64,000 nt of DNA from Paraspadella gotoi (lineage: Eukaryota; Animalia; Chaetognatha). The translations under genes and the position numbers were made by a program. The first letter of the stretch is position 1; each line of letters starts with the position of its first letter. Positions 50,851-63,491 of the stretch are shown in pieces. The stretch spans positions 26,696,495 through 26,760,494 of the forward strand of contig CM119267.1 of assembly GCA_051294375.1 (NCBI GenBank), given 5' to 3'. The notes under the pieces were generated by a model that saw only the letters and a list, made by a program, of their open reading frames with translations, searched no databases and was not told where the DNA came from.

Positions 50851-51444
50851 TATGACATGCAAAGGACCCGGTTAGATCGTCACTGCCTTTTGGACTGTAT
50901 TCCGTCACTACAGATGGGTGAGACGCCCCGTCCCGCTTTTATTTGTTTGAGTCCTTTGGGTTAGGAGGAACTCGTGCTACCTCCGGCGCCATAGGTGCTA
51001 CTGATTCTCAGACGAGTAGCAGGGTATGAAATACTACCGCGACACATCGCCCCCGAGGCATCACACACCCGCGCAAGTGTGATGGCTTTGAAGCAATCGT
51101 TGTGCCCGAGCACTCTAGGAGGGGCTGCCTATGACTGCTCCCGTCTTCACGCACGATGGTCGAGGGCAGAGGTATGTTAACATGCCCGAGCAGAGCTGTA
51201 TTAACGTGCCAGTGTGTTTGTGTGGGCTCACCAATGTGACGATGCCGCGAGCAGTTTACAGTCCGATGCACATTGCACACAAGGCTGTACTCCGTCACTA
51301 CAGGTGGGTTAGACGCCCCATACCGCTTTTACATGTGTGAATCAGCAGGGCACGAACGCGAGTCCTTTGGGTTGGGAGGAGCTCGTTCTACCTCCGGCGC
51401 CATAGGTGTTTCTGAGTAGCAGGGCATGAAATACTACCTCTACA
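50851..51444 (-). mobile_element. TRIM-like element, family 3 (diverged LTRs)
   Basis: Minus strand: LTR TGTAG...TCACA (51444-51235), PBS TGGTGAGCCC (51233-51224), PPT-like gggggcga plus tg, then a second LTR from 51044 to about 50851; no clear TSD. Confidence 0.65.
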
Positions 51445-51667
51445 CTTTCACTCTCCCTCACTCTTTTGTACTTATTCTTAACTTGTCCTTAACCTCCCAA
51501 TGTCTTTTTCTTAATTTTTTATTGGAAACCTCTCTCTCTCTCTGTGTGTCTCTCTCTCTCACTTTCACACACACAAACCTTATACTTTCGTTGACGTTTA
51601 GTCAAATAACGAGGGTAATTATAAGTGGCAAAGTATTTGGTTGACAATGGTTTTATTTATGACGGAC

Positions 51668-52404
51668 TATGGCAACGGAGGATAGCCTGTGATACCCGGG
51701 GCGCGGGGTATCTCACCAACTGGCGTAGGGGCTGCGGACCCTCAGTGACCGCCTCCTGTCACTGGCATGTTTATACCGGCACGTCACATTTAAGCCAGAA
51801 CCGGGGATACCCAGGGATTGAACCCGGGACGCACGGATGGAATGAGATGATTTAGCCTGCTCAGCCATTGAGACGAGGCTGAGGATGGACAGCAGTGAGG
51901 CAGCTTTAAGTCTTGCTGCCACAGGATCCCCCCACCAGACTTCTCCAGCAGGGCCTCAATCCTGAGGAGATGTCTGAGAGAAGGTTTTGATCTCATTGCC
52001 ATAGTGAGAGCGAGCGCGGCGAGCGAGCGAGCGAGTCTGGAGCGTTACCAGAGAAGTAGGCATAGGCGTGATATGCATACCCTAGCGACGTAAGCGTGGG
52101 CGCACGGTGCGCAGCGGTTGCGTGTTCGAGAGTAGGGCTCACCACTTATGGCAACGGGAGGATAGCCTGTGATACCCGGGGCGCGGGGTACTCTCACCAA
52201 CTGGCGTAGGGGCTGCGGACCCTCAGTCACCGCCTCCTGTCACTGGCATGTTTATACCGGCGCGTCACATTTAAGCCAGAACCGGGATACCCAGGGGATT
52301 GAACCCGGGACGCACGGATGGAATGAGATGATTTAGCCTGCTCAGCCATTGAGACGAGGCTGAGGACGGACAGCAGTGGGCCAGCTTTAAGTCTTGCTGC
52401 CACA
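51668..52404 (-). mobile_element. TRIM-like element, family 2, with a tRNA-like module in each LTR
   Basis: Near-identical direct repeats 51668-51923 and 52147-52404; perfect 4-bp TSD GGAC; minus-strand PBS TGGTGAGCCC (52144-52135); purine tract ggtggggga before the 3' LTR; 223-bp non-coding interior. Confidence 0.9.
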
Positions 52405-53040
52405 GGACAATGATTAGGGTGATGACATAGGTAACGATGACACGATGACAAAGGTTAAGACAAAGGTGATGACAATATTAAAACAGTTCAATCATTATTA
52501 ATACTTGAATAAAATATATATTAATAGTTTTAAAAAATATTTTTAAAATTTTTTAAAAATATTTTATAATAAAATTATTATTAATAAAAATAAATTTATT
52601 TTATAGCCTAACAAGTAGAACTGCATTACTATTATATATAGAACATTTGTATCTTAATTTTTACTTATAATTCAATAAAGAAAATTGTTAAAAAGTTAGG
52701 AAAGGTTTCAAATTAAAGCTTATGCTTTGTAGATAATGTTAGTCATATAAAGTTTATTAGACATTAAAATTGTAAGCATATTCACTATCACTACTATAAT
52801 ATATTTATAAAAAACTTTAATTAGTATTTACCAAAAATCCTGCTCTGTTCGGATTTGCTGCCTACTACATTAAGTGCTAAAAAATGAAAAGAGTATTGAT
52901 TATGAAAACCAATACTACAAACATAAAAGCTATGAATATAAAATACATGATGCAATAATCATTTCTTTTCATTGGTTTTTAAATATTAATGAAAGCAAAT
53001 ATTTTTGAAATTGTTATAACAATTTATTTTTATTTAAGAG

Positions 53041-53083
53041 ATGGACATGTTTCGGCTAGTTGACTTCAAGCCTTCATCAACAT
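53041..53083 (-). ncRNA. Minimal hammerhead variant (UUGAUGA core)
   Basis: Minus strand AUG-UUGAUGA-A-GGCU(...)AGCC-GAAA-CAUG-UC-CAU, centred in an about 50-bp inverted repeat (about 52990-53040 / 53095-53147). Confidence 0.55.
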
Positions 53084-56000
53084 TTAACACTTAACACTTA
53101 AATAAAATAAATTGTTGTAACAATTTCAAAAACCACTTTGCTTTCTCGAATATAAAATAAAAAAAGGAAGGAAAAAAGTTAAAAAAAACGGACTGATTAA
53201 TAGATCCACAATTAAAAAAACGCAATTCTAGTAGTTAATGAAGCTAGTAAATAAAAGAATAAACTACTAAAACCGTTCTAAGTTCATATTCAAATAAAAA
53301 ACTGTTAAAAATTTATTGAAGTTAGGTTGCTCAGTTATTTCATTCTTACATCAAATGAAAAAATGATCGAAAATTAAATTTTGTTATTTCTGGTAGTGAA
53401 TCTCGTTACATTTAATTAATTCTTTTTATCTAAAAGCCTTTGCAGAGTTTTGATTTAATTATATTATTTTTTGCAAGATCTTGCTGTTAAAATCTGATAC
53501 GTCATATAAAAAGTAAGAATTATTCTATACTTTTTGAAAACAGTTATTATTCTGGATATCTACTTAAATTACATATTTGTAAGGTAGTTTTTAAAAAAGT
53601 GCTCACTATGGCTGTTTTCCATATAAATTTTTTGGTTGAAAGCTGAGATTAAACAGGTTCTAAAAATGTTACCGGTTTTATTCCGCATTTGTCCAATCTC
53701 AAATATTAGGACCCAAAATAATTTTAAAAATCTGTTAACCCTGTAGCTTAGTCAAACTACTACTTTATAGGATGGGGAATGAAGATAAAGGGGTAAATAT
53801 TCTAAAATTAAGATCAGAAAAAGTTTTTAACATTTTTTTAATGATATATTTTTTTAAAAAATAATTTTTTTCATTAATAATAACAAATATTATTGCTATT
53901 AAAAGCTGCATATGAGATTAAATAAAGCACTTAACTACTTTGAGATTAAGTTTTAATTAAACATCATATATTTTTTATAATAAAAATAAGTTAATAATCT
54001 GTTTTATTTATTTTTTATTATAATTTTATATTATTTTTTATTTAAACATTTGTTTAAAGCCTTATAAGCAGAACTGTATTTTTTATATCTTTTTATTTTT
54101 AAAAAAATATTCTATTTGAAAGTACTAATTGATTAATTCTTTTTTAAAAAAAATTTAATTTTTATGTATAATTCAATAATGAAAAATCGTAAAAGTTGGG
54201 AGAGGTCTCAAATTAAAGCTTATGTTTTGTAGATAATGATAGAATATATAACATTCAAATTGTAAGCACACAGACAAAAATAATAAATAAATATTTTTTC
54301 AAATTTTTTCAAAGATTTAACAATTCATAGCTCCTGAACAAAATTAAAAAACTAATACCTATTTACGCCAATAGAAAGCCCAAGGTTTACTCTAGAGGAT
54401 TTAGTCTGTTTTATACTTATTTTACATTATTTTCAAAGTTATAAAGGGAAAATAAAAAAAATGTGACTTAAAATGGCCGAGAATTCGGTTTTTTAAACAT
54501 CAATAATTGGAAAAGTATTTTCGGATTTTTAAAAATAAAGTATGTAAAATGAAGTATTTTTTCCGCTCTTTAAATTAACGCAGGTTAAATTTGATTCAGA
54601 CTGATATTTTTTAAGATATCTATCATTTTTAATGAAAAAAACCGTTTTTTTGCAAAATTTAAAGAGTTGCAAGCACTTATTGATCGATTTTTCAAAAAAC
54701 AAAGATAGAAAAAAATTAGTAGCAATATAGGGACTAATTTGTACTATAGTGCTAAATTCTGTAAAAAACTTTATAAAATTTGCTAAGGCCTAGTGTAGAG
54801 GTGAATGCCTAGAGTTCTCTTAGCAATTTTGACCATCAATCCCTCCGTCGGTTCCTCTGTCGGTCATTGGTCATTCTAAGGTTGAAGTAAGGTCTGTGAT
54901 TCGTCGGTATTCTGATGATTCGTGAAGGAGACGAGCAATTCACATCACTAGGCCAACCAAGTCCGTTTATAGGTCCATTCCGTTGATGCTTTGTAAAAAA
55001 TTTTTACAAATCATTAATTTTTTGCGCAAATGAAGACTTAGATCTAAAGTCGAAAAATTTTCCTTTTTCTCTTTCAGAATAAAATTGTTGCAGTGACTTT
55101 CTTTTCATTTGTAAACTGATTTTATATTTGTCACCAAATTTAAATCTACATTATTATTTTACATATACTTATTCAACATAATTGTAAATGTGTCACTATG
55201 TAGCAATTTAAAAAAAATATAAAAAGATTTAATTTTTAAAGGTAAAAATATTTTACCAAGTCACGGCGAAGCCGGTTCAGGCTCTATAATAATTTAGGAC
55301 TGCTTCTTTGTGACGTAGTCGTCGTCGTCACGCTGTTTTTATATAAAAACTACTGCGCTTTTATAGGTTTGGCTGTGACTTACCGTTTTTTTTAATAAAA
55401 ATTATTATGAATTATGATAAAGTTTTACAAAAGGTGTGCCATCATAGTAATTTAAAAATTTAGATATGGCTTCTCATCTTGAAATAGCTTAGATATTTTC
55501 TTATTACATTTGGATTTAAGTATTTTTTTTTTTTGAATTTCCACGTACGATCGTCTCGTTTTTTGAAAAATTTCTTATTATTTTTCCTTCTAAAAACTTT
55601 TATTATCGCCATTTATTTTTTTTTCTCAATACAAAATCCCAATTTACATCCGAGATTTTCGTGGATTCATTTTAGAAAAAGGGAAGAATAACTTATAATG
55701 CAGGCAATGTCACATGTACATCGACTTGTGTGACAGGTAAGCGATACCTGCTATATATCCGGCAATTGCCGCGGATTAATATAAATAATATATAATATAA
55801 AAAATATAACAATCTAAAATTTTATTCAAGATAAAAGTTTTTTAAGATGAGGAAATGAAATTTATTTGAATAAGTAAAAAAAATATTTGGAAGTCAAAAA
55901 TATCATAGTCGTTAACTGATTATTGTCAACTATATATTTTGTTAATAGAGATTTATAATTTTTTGACCGTTATTATTGAAAATAGTTTAGCTTTATAGCG

Positions 56001-56327
56001 ACGAGTTTTCCATTCATACAATCAATATTAATCTCATTCATTTTCAATAATATGCTAAAAAATAAGGTTTTCAACCTCATTTTGAACTAGATGAACAAAA
56101 GACTTCAATCTTATTTCAATTGAAAAAAAAAAAAATAGAAAGTTAATTGATGCTTAATCACACTCTAATAAAAACAATTTTATTTTTATCACGCCACTTT
56201 TTTTCTAATACAAAATCTCAAATTTATTTCCGAGATTTTCGTGGATTTTTATTTTTTTCCTTCTAAAAAACTTTTATTATATTTTTATTATTCTCTCTAT
56301 ATTTCTCTCTCAATCAACTCTATGTCG

Positions 56328-56363
<36 letters not shown>

Positions 56364-56382
56364 TCTTATTAACTCATCACGC

Positions 56383-56790
56383 AATGAATGACTAGCATCT
56401 CATCAATGAATGACTATCATCGCATCAATGAATGACTATCATCGCATCAATGAATGACTATCATCGCATCAAGAATGACTATCATCGCATCAATGAATGA
56501 CTATCATCGCATCATGAATGACTATCATCGCATCAATGAACTATCATGATCATGATGACTATCATCATCAATGAATGACTATCATCGCATCAATGAATGA
56601 CTATCATCGCATCAATGAATGACTATCATCGCATCAATGAATGATTATCATCCGATCAATGAAGGACTATCATCGCATCAATGAATGATTATCAGTGCAT
56701 CAGATGAATGACTATTATCGCATCCCATCATTTGGTTATCATCGCCATCAATCCTTCGGTTATCATCGCATCAATATTTGGTTATCATCA
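56383..56790. repeat. 22-bp minisatellite (aatgaatgactatcatcgcatc)n
   Basis: About 18 units ending at gtaggctcgattccttatgcttttaagattttt (HINE-type 3' end); reverse complement of 14630-14885. Confidence 0.9.
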
Positions 56791-58379
56791 AAAGTAGGCT
56801 CGATTCCTTATGCTTTTAAGATTTTTCTTGAAGCCAACAAGCCGAAACATCTCCGTCTTTAATAAAAATGTTGTAATATTTTTCAAAAATACTTTGCTTT
56901 CTCTAAAGAAAAATGAGCTGTATCTAAAAAGTGTGGTTAGCAAAGGTAACAGACAAAATTGTTTTACTAAATTTACTCAACCATTCATTTCAATCATAAG
57001 GTTTGTTAAATTAAAATATAACGATGGCCATTTGAAATAGAAGATGGAATGGTGATGTTGGCAGATTGAATAATAGTGCTAAACAGCGTTAGAACAGAGA
57101 AAGAATAAGATATAAATTTATTGTAATTTTTCGGACAATTATTTCTACTTAAATTTGCTGTTTCTGTTTGCACATGTTGATTTAGTCTTTGCTTGCCATT
57201 AGAAACATAATGAAAAAGTTAAAAAATAATGATTTATTTGAAATTCATCAGAAGTATATATAAATAGAATGGAAAATAAAGCCTTAAAAATATTTTAGGT
57301 TTCTTAAATTAAGGTGTTCAAGCTGTTGTTCAGGTATAATATAGTTAAATTGATTCATTATATTTTTTTATAATACTTTCAATCAAATCGCGTTAAAAAT
57401 GTTTACAAGTTTCAAGACAGAAACTTTGCAGGAATAAGTTTTATTTTTTTGTCACAAACAAATGAAACTTATTCCTGCAAATTCCTAAAGCAACGAAACG
57501 AAAGGATTACACAATACACAATAAAGACAGAAACTTGTAAGTAAAACTATCTTAATTAATGGTCACTGTCATCAAATAGCATTTCCTTCATATTTGAAGA
57601 AATTTATATTATTTTTCATTTTTATAAATTTTATTAATTTCAAAAAATTTCTTGGAGCTGGAGTTGGACCTTTTGTTTTCCGCTCCGACTCCAGCTCCAG
57701 CTCCGGCCAAGATAAAATCTCAGCTCCAGCTCCCGCTTCGGTAATAAAAATTCAGCTCCAGCTCCAGCTCCGGCCAAATATGGCAGCTCCGACTCCAGCT
57801 CCAGCTCCACATCCCTGTGGTAGTGACATGTCCAGGGAATAAAAGAAATATTATAGTATATTCCTCAATCGATTTTTAAATTTGGCAGAACATTTTACTT
57901 TTTTTAACAAGTTTTTAGAGTACGCTAAACGTTTCTCTGATTCCGCAAAATAGAATTTGAGAAATAAAAAAAATTATAGTACCAATAGTTGGTGTTATTT
58001 CCTTTCTATTCTTTCTTTCCTTTCTTTTCTTTTTTCCTTTCTTTTTTTCCTTTCTTTTTTTTCTCTTCTTTTTTTCCTTTCTTTTCTTTTTTTCCTTTCT
58101 TTCCTTTCTTTTCTTTCTTTCCTTTCTATTCTTTCTTTATATTTATTCTTTTCTTCTTTTTCTTTGTTTATAAATTAATTTTCTTTTCTCAAATTTGATT
58201 TTTTTTTAGTATAAAAATTTGTCGTCTAAGATTTTTATACTATGAGATCAGATGAAAATTGTCTTGATATCATTTACAAATATATAAAATTCATACAATT
58301 CTTAGTTTTAATACTTGCTACCATTAAATTTCCAATGATTAATTGTAGAATTTAATTCAATCCTTGTTTTTCTTTACAG

Positions 58380-58534
58380 CGTTGCAAAATTATCTATGCC
58401 AAGTCTCTTCGATTTGTCGGTTCACTGGCCGGCGACTGATACCATCCTCGACCTCGACCGAAGTTGGATGCGTCGGCCACTCGAAGCTGACGACGTCAGA
58501 AGAGCCGCATTCTTTGTTCTTTTTATTACTTTGT
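58380..58534 (+). CDS. PIGN: PIGN exon
   Basis: tttacag acceptor, gttagt donor; ends RPLEADDVRRAAFFVLFITL, matching PIGN RQLYLDDIRRAFFLVFF. Confidence 0.85.
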
Positions 58535-58613
58535 GTTAGTCGCCTTCATAATGACACAACTAATCATTAATATTTAGGAATATTATATTTTATTTTTGTT
58601 TCCGACTTGTCAG

Positions 58614-58774
58614 CCTTTTTTGGAACGGGCAACGTGGCTTCGGTTAACAGTTTTGATCCTTCATTCACCGCGTCCTTCATTACGATCTTCAATCCTTTCC
58701 TCATGGGTGGACTCCTTCTTCTTAAAATTATCATCCCCTTTCTGCTTGTCGCCGTCGCGCTTAAGGCCGTCCAG
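58614..58774 (+). CDS. PIGN: PIGN exon with the FFGTGN motif
   Basis: FFGTGNVASVNSFDPSFTASFITIFNPFLMGGLLLLKIIIPF matches the highly conserved PIGN/Mcd4 motif FFGTGNIASINSFD...FSPFMMGAL...KILIPF; cag acceptor, gtttcg donor. Confidence 0.95.
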
Positions 58775-59351
58775 GTTTCGCACTTCGCAATTAAAATTAA
58801 CGCCATTAAATTTAAAGACTTTTCCATCTGCCTGTCCAATAAAGCGTATGTAGCAAAAATATTAAAAATCAAGGAGAATCAAAATTCAAAGAGTAGATCA
58901 TGAACAGTAAGGCGTAAGTTACATACAAAAATTATAAAAGTCAATTATGAACAACATACCATCAGTGAACATTAATTTGTAAAAAAAAAATTGAAATGAA
59001 ATTTTAAATATTTACAGTTAAAGTTAAAAGTCCTTTGGCTATTAAAAAACGAATCTTTTTAAGATGTAATAATTGATAAATATGATAGGATTTTTTTATG
59101 ATATGGATGATAATCCTTTGTTATAAAGCTGTCATATAACAGTAAAAAACCATTAGCAGTCAGAATAGATCAAAAACTTTTAATAATACATATTTAATTG
59201 ATTATCGAGCACTATTTCCGGTTTGGGACATGCCCACTATTGATGAAAACCCATTTTTGAACATTTTTTATCTAAGTTCTACTTATTAAATAATTGTACT
59301 AATTGCAAGATAAGTAAAAAACATTCTGCCTAACTTTTCATTTGTAGTAAA

Positions 59352-60887
59352 AACAAGTTTGAGCAAACAATGTCGGATCTGCCTACAATAATTAAGCGAT
59401 AATCTGCTAATCAGATGATAAATCATAATTTTTTTAATTTTTTTTAACTCGCATCATTTTTTTAACTCGCATCATTTTTTTAACTCGCATCATTTTTTTA
59501 ACTCACATCATTTTTGAACTCGCATAATTCTAACTCGCATAATTTTAACTTGCATAATTTTTTCAACTTCCATCATTTTTTCAATTTGCATCATTTTTAC
59601 AATTCGCATCATTGTTTTAACTCGCATTATTTTTTCAACTTGCATCATTTTTTCAACTTGCATAATTTTTAACTTGCATCATTTTTTCAACTTGCATCAT
59701 TTTTTCAAATTGTATCATTTTTTCAATTAATTAATTAATTAAAACATTTATTAGTAATCATAAATAAAAAGATTCAAGAAAATGTGAATTATGTTTTTTC
59801 CATTTAAACTCATTCCACAGGCACACATTTCCTTTTCAATCTGTGAATTCAATTATGATTAATTCGAGTAATTATGGGTTAAAATAAGTAACATTGCAGG
59901 ACTAACAAGATCGTGAAAACAAAAAAGATTCAAGTAAATGTGACTCATATTTTTTTTATTTTAACTCATTTCCACTCGTACGTTTCCACCGAAACTTTGT
60001 ATCAAGCTTCGTCACACACTTTCCTACCCACACACAAAATTTCAACTAAATCTATTCATCCAATTATGATTAAATAGAGTATTTATTGGTTAAAATAAGT
60101 AAAAAGATTTTAGTAAATGCGACTTATGTTTTTTCCATTTAAACTCATTTCCACTCGCACGATTCCATCGAAACTTTATATCCAGCTTCATCTCACTCTG
60201 TCCTACCCACACACAAATTTTCATTCCAATCCAACCAGCCAATCATGAGTTATTGGAGCTTTTTGCTAAGATGGGATGGATGACGGATTGATTGACTAAT
60301 TAATTAATTATTGATTATTAATTGACTAATTGATTAATTAACTGATTAATTATTTGATTTATTAATACATCCTTCATTTACATTTAATATAAAAGGAAAA
60401 GAAGCATAATCAATTAGTGAAACAGGTTTTTGTTTTTTTCCATTTAAACTCATTTCCACTCAAACGATTCCATCAAAACTTGATTTCCAGCTTAATCACA
60501 CACTTTCCTACGCAAATACAAAATTTCAGATCAATCGCCCCATCCACTCTTGAGTAATTGGTGTTCAAATAGTGAAATTTATTTTTTTATTTTTTCCATT
60601 TAAACACATTTCCACTCGGACGATTCCATCGAAACTTCATATACAGCTCAATCACACACTTCTTTACCCACACACAAAATTTCATTCCAATCCATCCATC
60701 TTATCACGAGTAATTGGTTTTTTTTGCAAAGGTGGGACGGACGGACATAATTTTTTTTGCATAATTTATCATAATTCGATGTTCTGACATGATATAAGTT
60801 AGTGCCCGACAATATTGAGGGGGTGGACCGACGGACCAACAAAGTGAATTATAGAGTTGGGATCTGCTGATAAGCAGATCCGACTAA
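59352..60887 (-). mobile_element. HINE family A with an internal 18-bp satellite (59445-59725)
   Basis: Both reverse termini, several about 120-bp central repeats, (ttttttaactcgcatcat)n. Confidence 0.9.
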
Positions 60888-62980
60888 AAAAATTTCATAT
60901 GGTAGTCCACGCCAACTTCCGGTAAATTGTGCGTAGGTCTAATGCAAAATCTGATTGACGACACCTTGTTAATCGTTTTAAGCACTTGAAATTATACTTG
61001 AAACTACACAGGATTGTGAAAATTTTCGACTGCATGGTTAAAAAAAAACTGTGTAATAAATATGGGCTAATGCGAAAATTGAGAAAATAAAAAACATTTG
61101 TTTTCATATATCAATGGTCTCTGGTACAAGACTGTTCATGATTAACTATTCAAACGGCAACTTTTACAACGGCTTACTGTCCAATAGAGTGATGTGAAAA
61201 TTATAAAATTTTAGAAAATTAAAATTTAGCATATAAAACGTGAAAATAAAAACCATTAAAAATACTGTAGTAATTTTTTTTTTTAATTTCATACATTAGT
61301 GGGCACCAGTGAGCTACATTTATATATAGTAATAAGTATATAATGGTTAAAATTTCAAAATACAGGGTTGTGATTCAAACTTAAAAAATCCGTATCACTT
61401 CATCTTTTTTTTTATTTTGTGACATATTGGATATATTTAAAGAAAAAAATTTAATTGAAGATATTTAACAAGACCTTGTTTTAACTATTAATGCAATGCA
61501 ACAAGCACTGCTGCAAAAACCACTCCTGCTACAGCACCTAAAAGAATAACTGCTGCTCTTCATAAACGCTTCTGAAAGATGAAGCCACAGCTCATAGACG
61601 GTTTACCCTATGCCATTGATATTTTGGTTGAAAGTCATATGGGTTACCCCTTTTAAAACGCCTTTCTTAGCACAGTTTAGGGGAATTAGGGGATATTATC
61701 AGGCCAGAAAATCATTTGGTCAAAAAGGAAAATGTTGCTGAAGCTGAAATCTTTATTTTTTTCAGCTGTATACAACATTGCCTTTTGTTACAGCCATGTA
61801 TAATAACCCCAAGCGTATTGGCTCTTTATACATGTCAAGAAATAGATTCTCAGAACAAATATAATGGATTTTTGACCAATAGCAAAAATATAAGGAAGTA
61901 TTTATCTTTCATCTGATGCTGCAGTAGATTGTATTAAGCGATTTACTTGATATTTTATACAGAGAGTCCCAACTACATCAGATATTGATTTTATAAGCTC
62001 ACAAAGATGGCACTCTACTAGAGTGGCCACTACAGTGTGAACTTGTGAAAAAAAAAATTTTACAGCATCTTAAAATTGCTTTTATTAATTAAGGTTAAAA
62101 TAGGTCTTGTTAAACTGAGGCAGTTTAATTGCCATATATGCATAGGATAGTAAAGATAAGATGTCCTAGTAAATATTTTTAAATTGAGTTCTTCATTTGC
62201 TCTCTTTAAAAATTTTCTTTTAGTATAGAAATGAGCTACTAGCATACATTTTGTTGGTTTTGAGTATGCTACAATTGCTACCTGCAGCATTCTTATAATC
62301 GACTCGGGCTTGAGCGCATGGATTCCCGACTTAGAATAGTAGTTATTCCTATTCGTAATAGCCTTTTTAATAATATAACATACAGCTAGGAACATTAACA
62401 AATTTAGTCGTCGTTTTCAGCTCTAAACCGGCTCGGAGCAAATTCAACCAATGTTGCATTCTTTTTAGTAGTGCAGTGCATTGTAAAAGCATGAGGAAAA
62501 TAAAACCAATATCAGAAAGAGAAAACATCAGTGATTACTTTAGTGTATTATAAAAATAAATTCAATAACTTTTTGCCTATAAAATCTGATGGTAAATACT
62601 ATTCTAAGTTTTGATTCACTACCCTGTACAAATTTTTAAATTTTAAGATTAGATTTGGATTCCTTGCAAAAAGTATAATTTTTTTTTAAAAATTCTTTCA
62701 TTAAGTTGCTCAAAAATCTAAAAAAATAATATTTAAAATGCCGATTTTTAATTTCAAGCTGAAAAATATATTTTTTTATAATTTTAACCTACTTAATGAC
62801 ATAATTTTTGAAAATGATTTATATTTTCTTTTAAAAACTTTTAACAAGGAATCTGAATCTGATCTCAGAATTAAAAAAAAAAAAAATTTTGAAATTTTGA
62901 CATTATATAAGCTGACTGGTCTTCTATATTTATAAAAAAAGAAAAATAACTATAGATTAGTATTCACTAATATAATAATA

Positions 62981-63245
62981 CTTAAGGGAGTGGTCTTTTC
63001 ATACAATTGAAACATTCTTTGAAATATTATACCACTTCATTGATAGGGAAACCAGGTACTCTGGGAGTGAATAAACGAGACTGTGAGAGAGTCTTGATTG
63101 AAAGCTTACAGGGACCTGCTATGTCATTATCTTGTAAGAAAGATGGAGGCCTTAAACCACCAAAGCCTGTCCAAAGTCAGGGGCAAGATAGCTTATTTAT
63201 TAAATGAATGGATAATTTTTATATTGGTTGTACCAATTTCATAAT
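62981..63245. repeat. Dispersed about 265-bp repeat of unknown class
   Basis: Reverse complement of 6765-6895 and 7120-7320 (ttggacaggctttggtggtttaaggcctcc...gaccactccc). Confidence 0.75.
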
Positions 63246-63394
63246 AGTTTTAAAGATATAACTGCTAAATTTTGATTCCAAACTTTCACTTCACCCTACT
63301 GTCCAATGTCCATTGTCCATTCCTGAGTTACTCGCAATGATGTACGTCTTTCCAACCTAATATTACCGATATAGTTATAAATAAATGTTTTTAG

Positions 63395-63491
63395 GTAATA
63401 ACGATGATTCCGGTTGAGGGCCTCTTCCTCCTCATACTCTTCATCTCCGACATCATGGCGCTTCACTTCTTTTTTCTCGTTAAAGACGAAG
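63395..63491 (+). CDS. PIGN: PIGN penultimate exon
   Basis: ttttag acceptor; [32 protein letters not shown] matches [19 protein letters not shown]. Confidence 0.95.

Larger units (their letters stand above)
50234..57817. mobile_element. Non-autonomous hAT-type element, 7.6 kb, with nested insertions
   Basis: Perfect 8-bp TSD TGGTAGTG (50226-50233 and 57818-57825); TIRs CAGGGTTGTGGAGCTGG / CCAGCTCCACATCCCTG; subterminal (cagctc)n arrays at both ends; no transposase ORF. Confidence 0.85.

Noticed and set aside
58775-58903. Continuation of the PIGN ORF past 58774
   Set aside because: Similarity ends at the CAG|GTTTCG donor and resumes in frame at 63395.
61480-62510. Possible nested gene or transposase remnant (ORF 62060-62401)
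   Set aside because: The composition is slightly coding-like, but there is no recognisable motif and there are frequent stops; it needs TBLASTX/HMM evidence.
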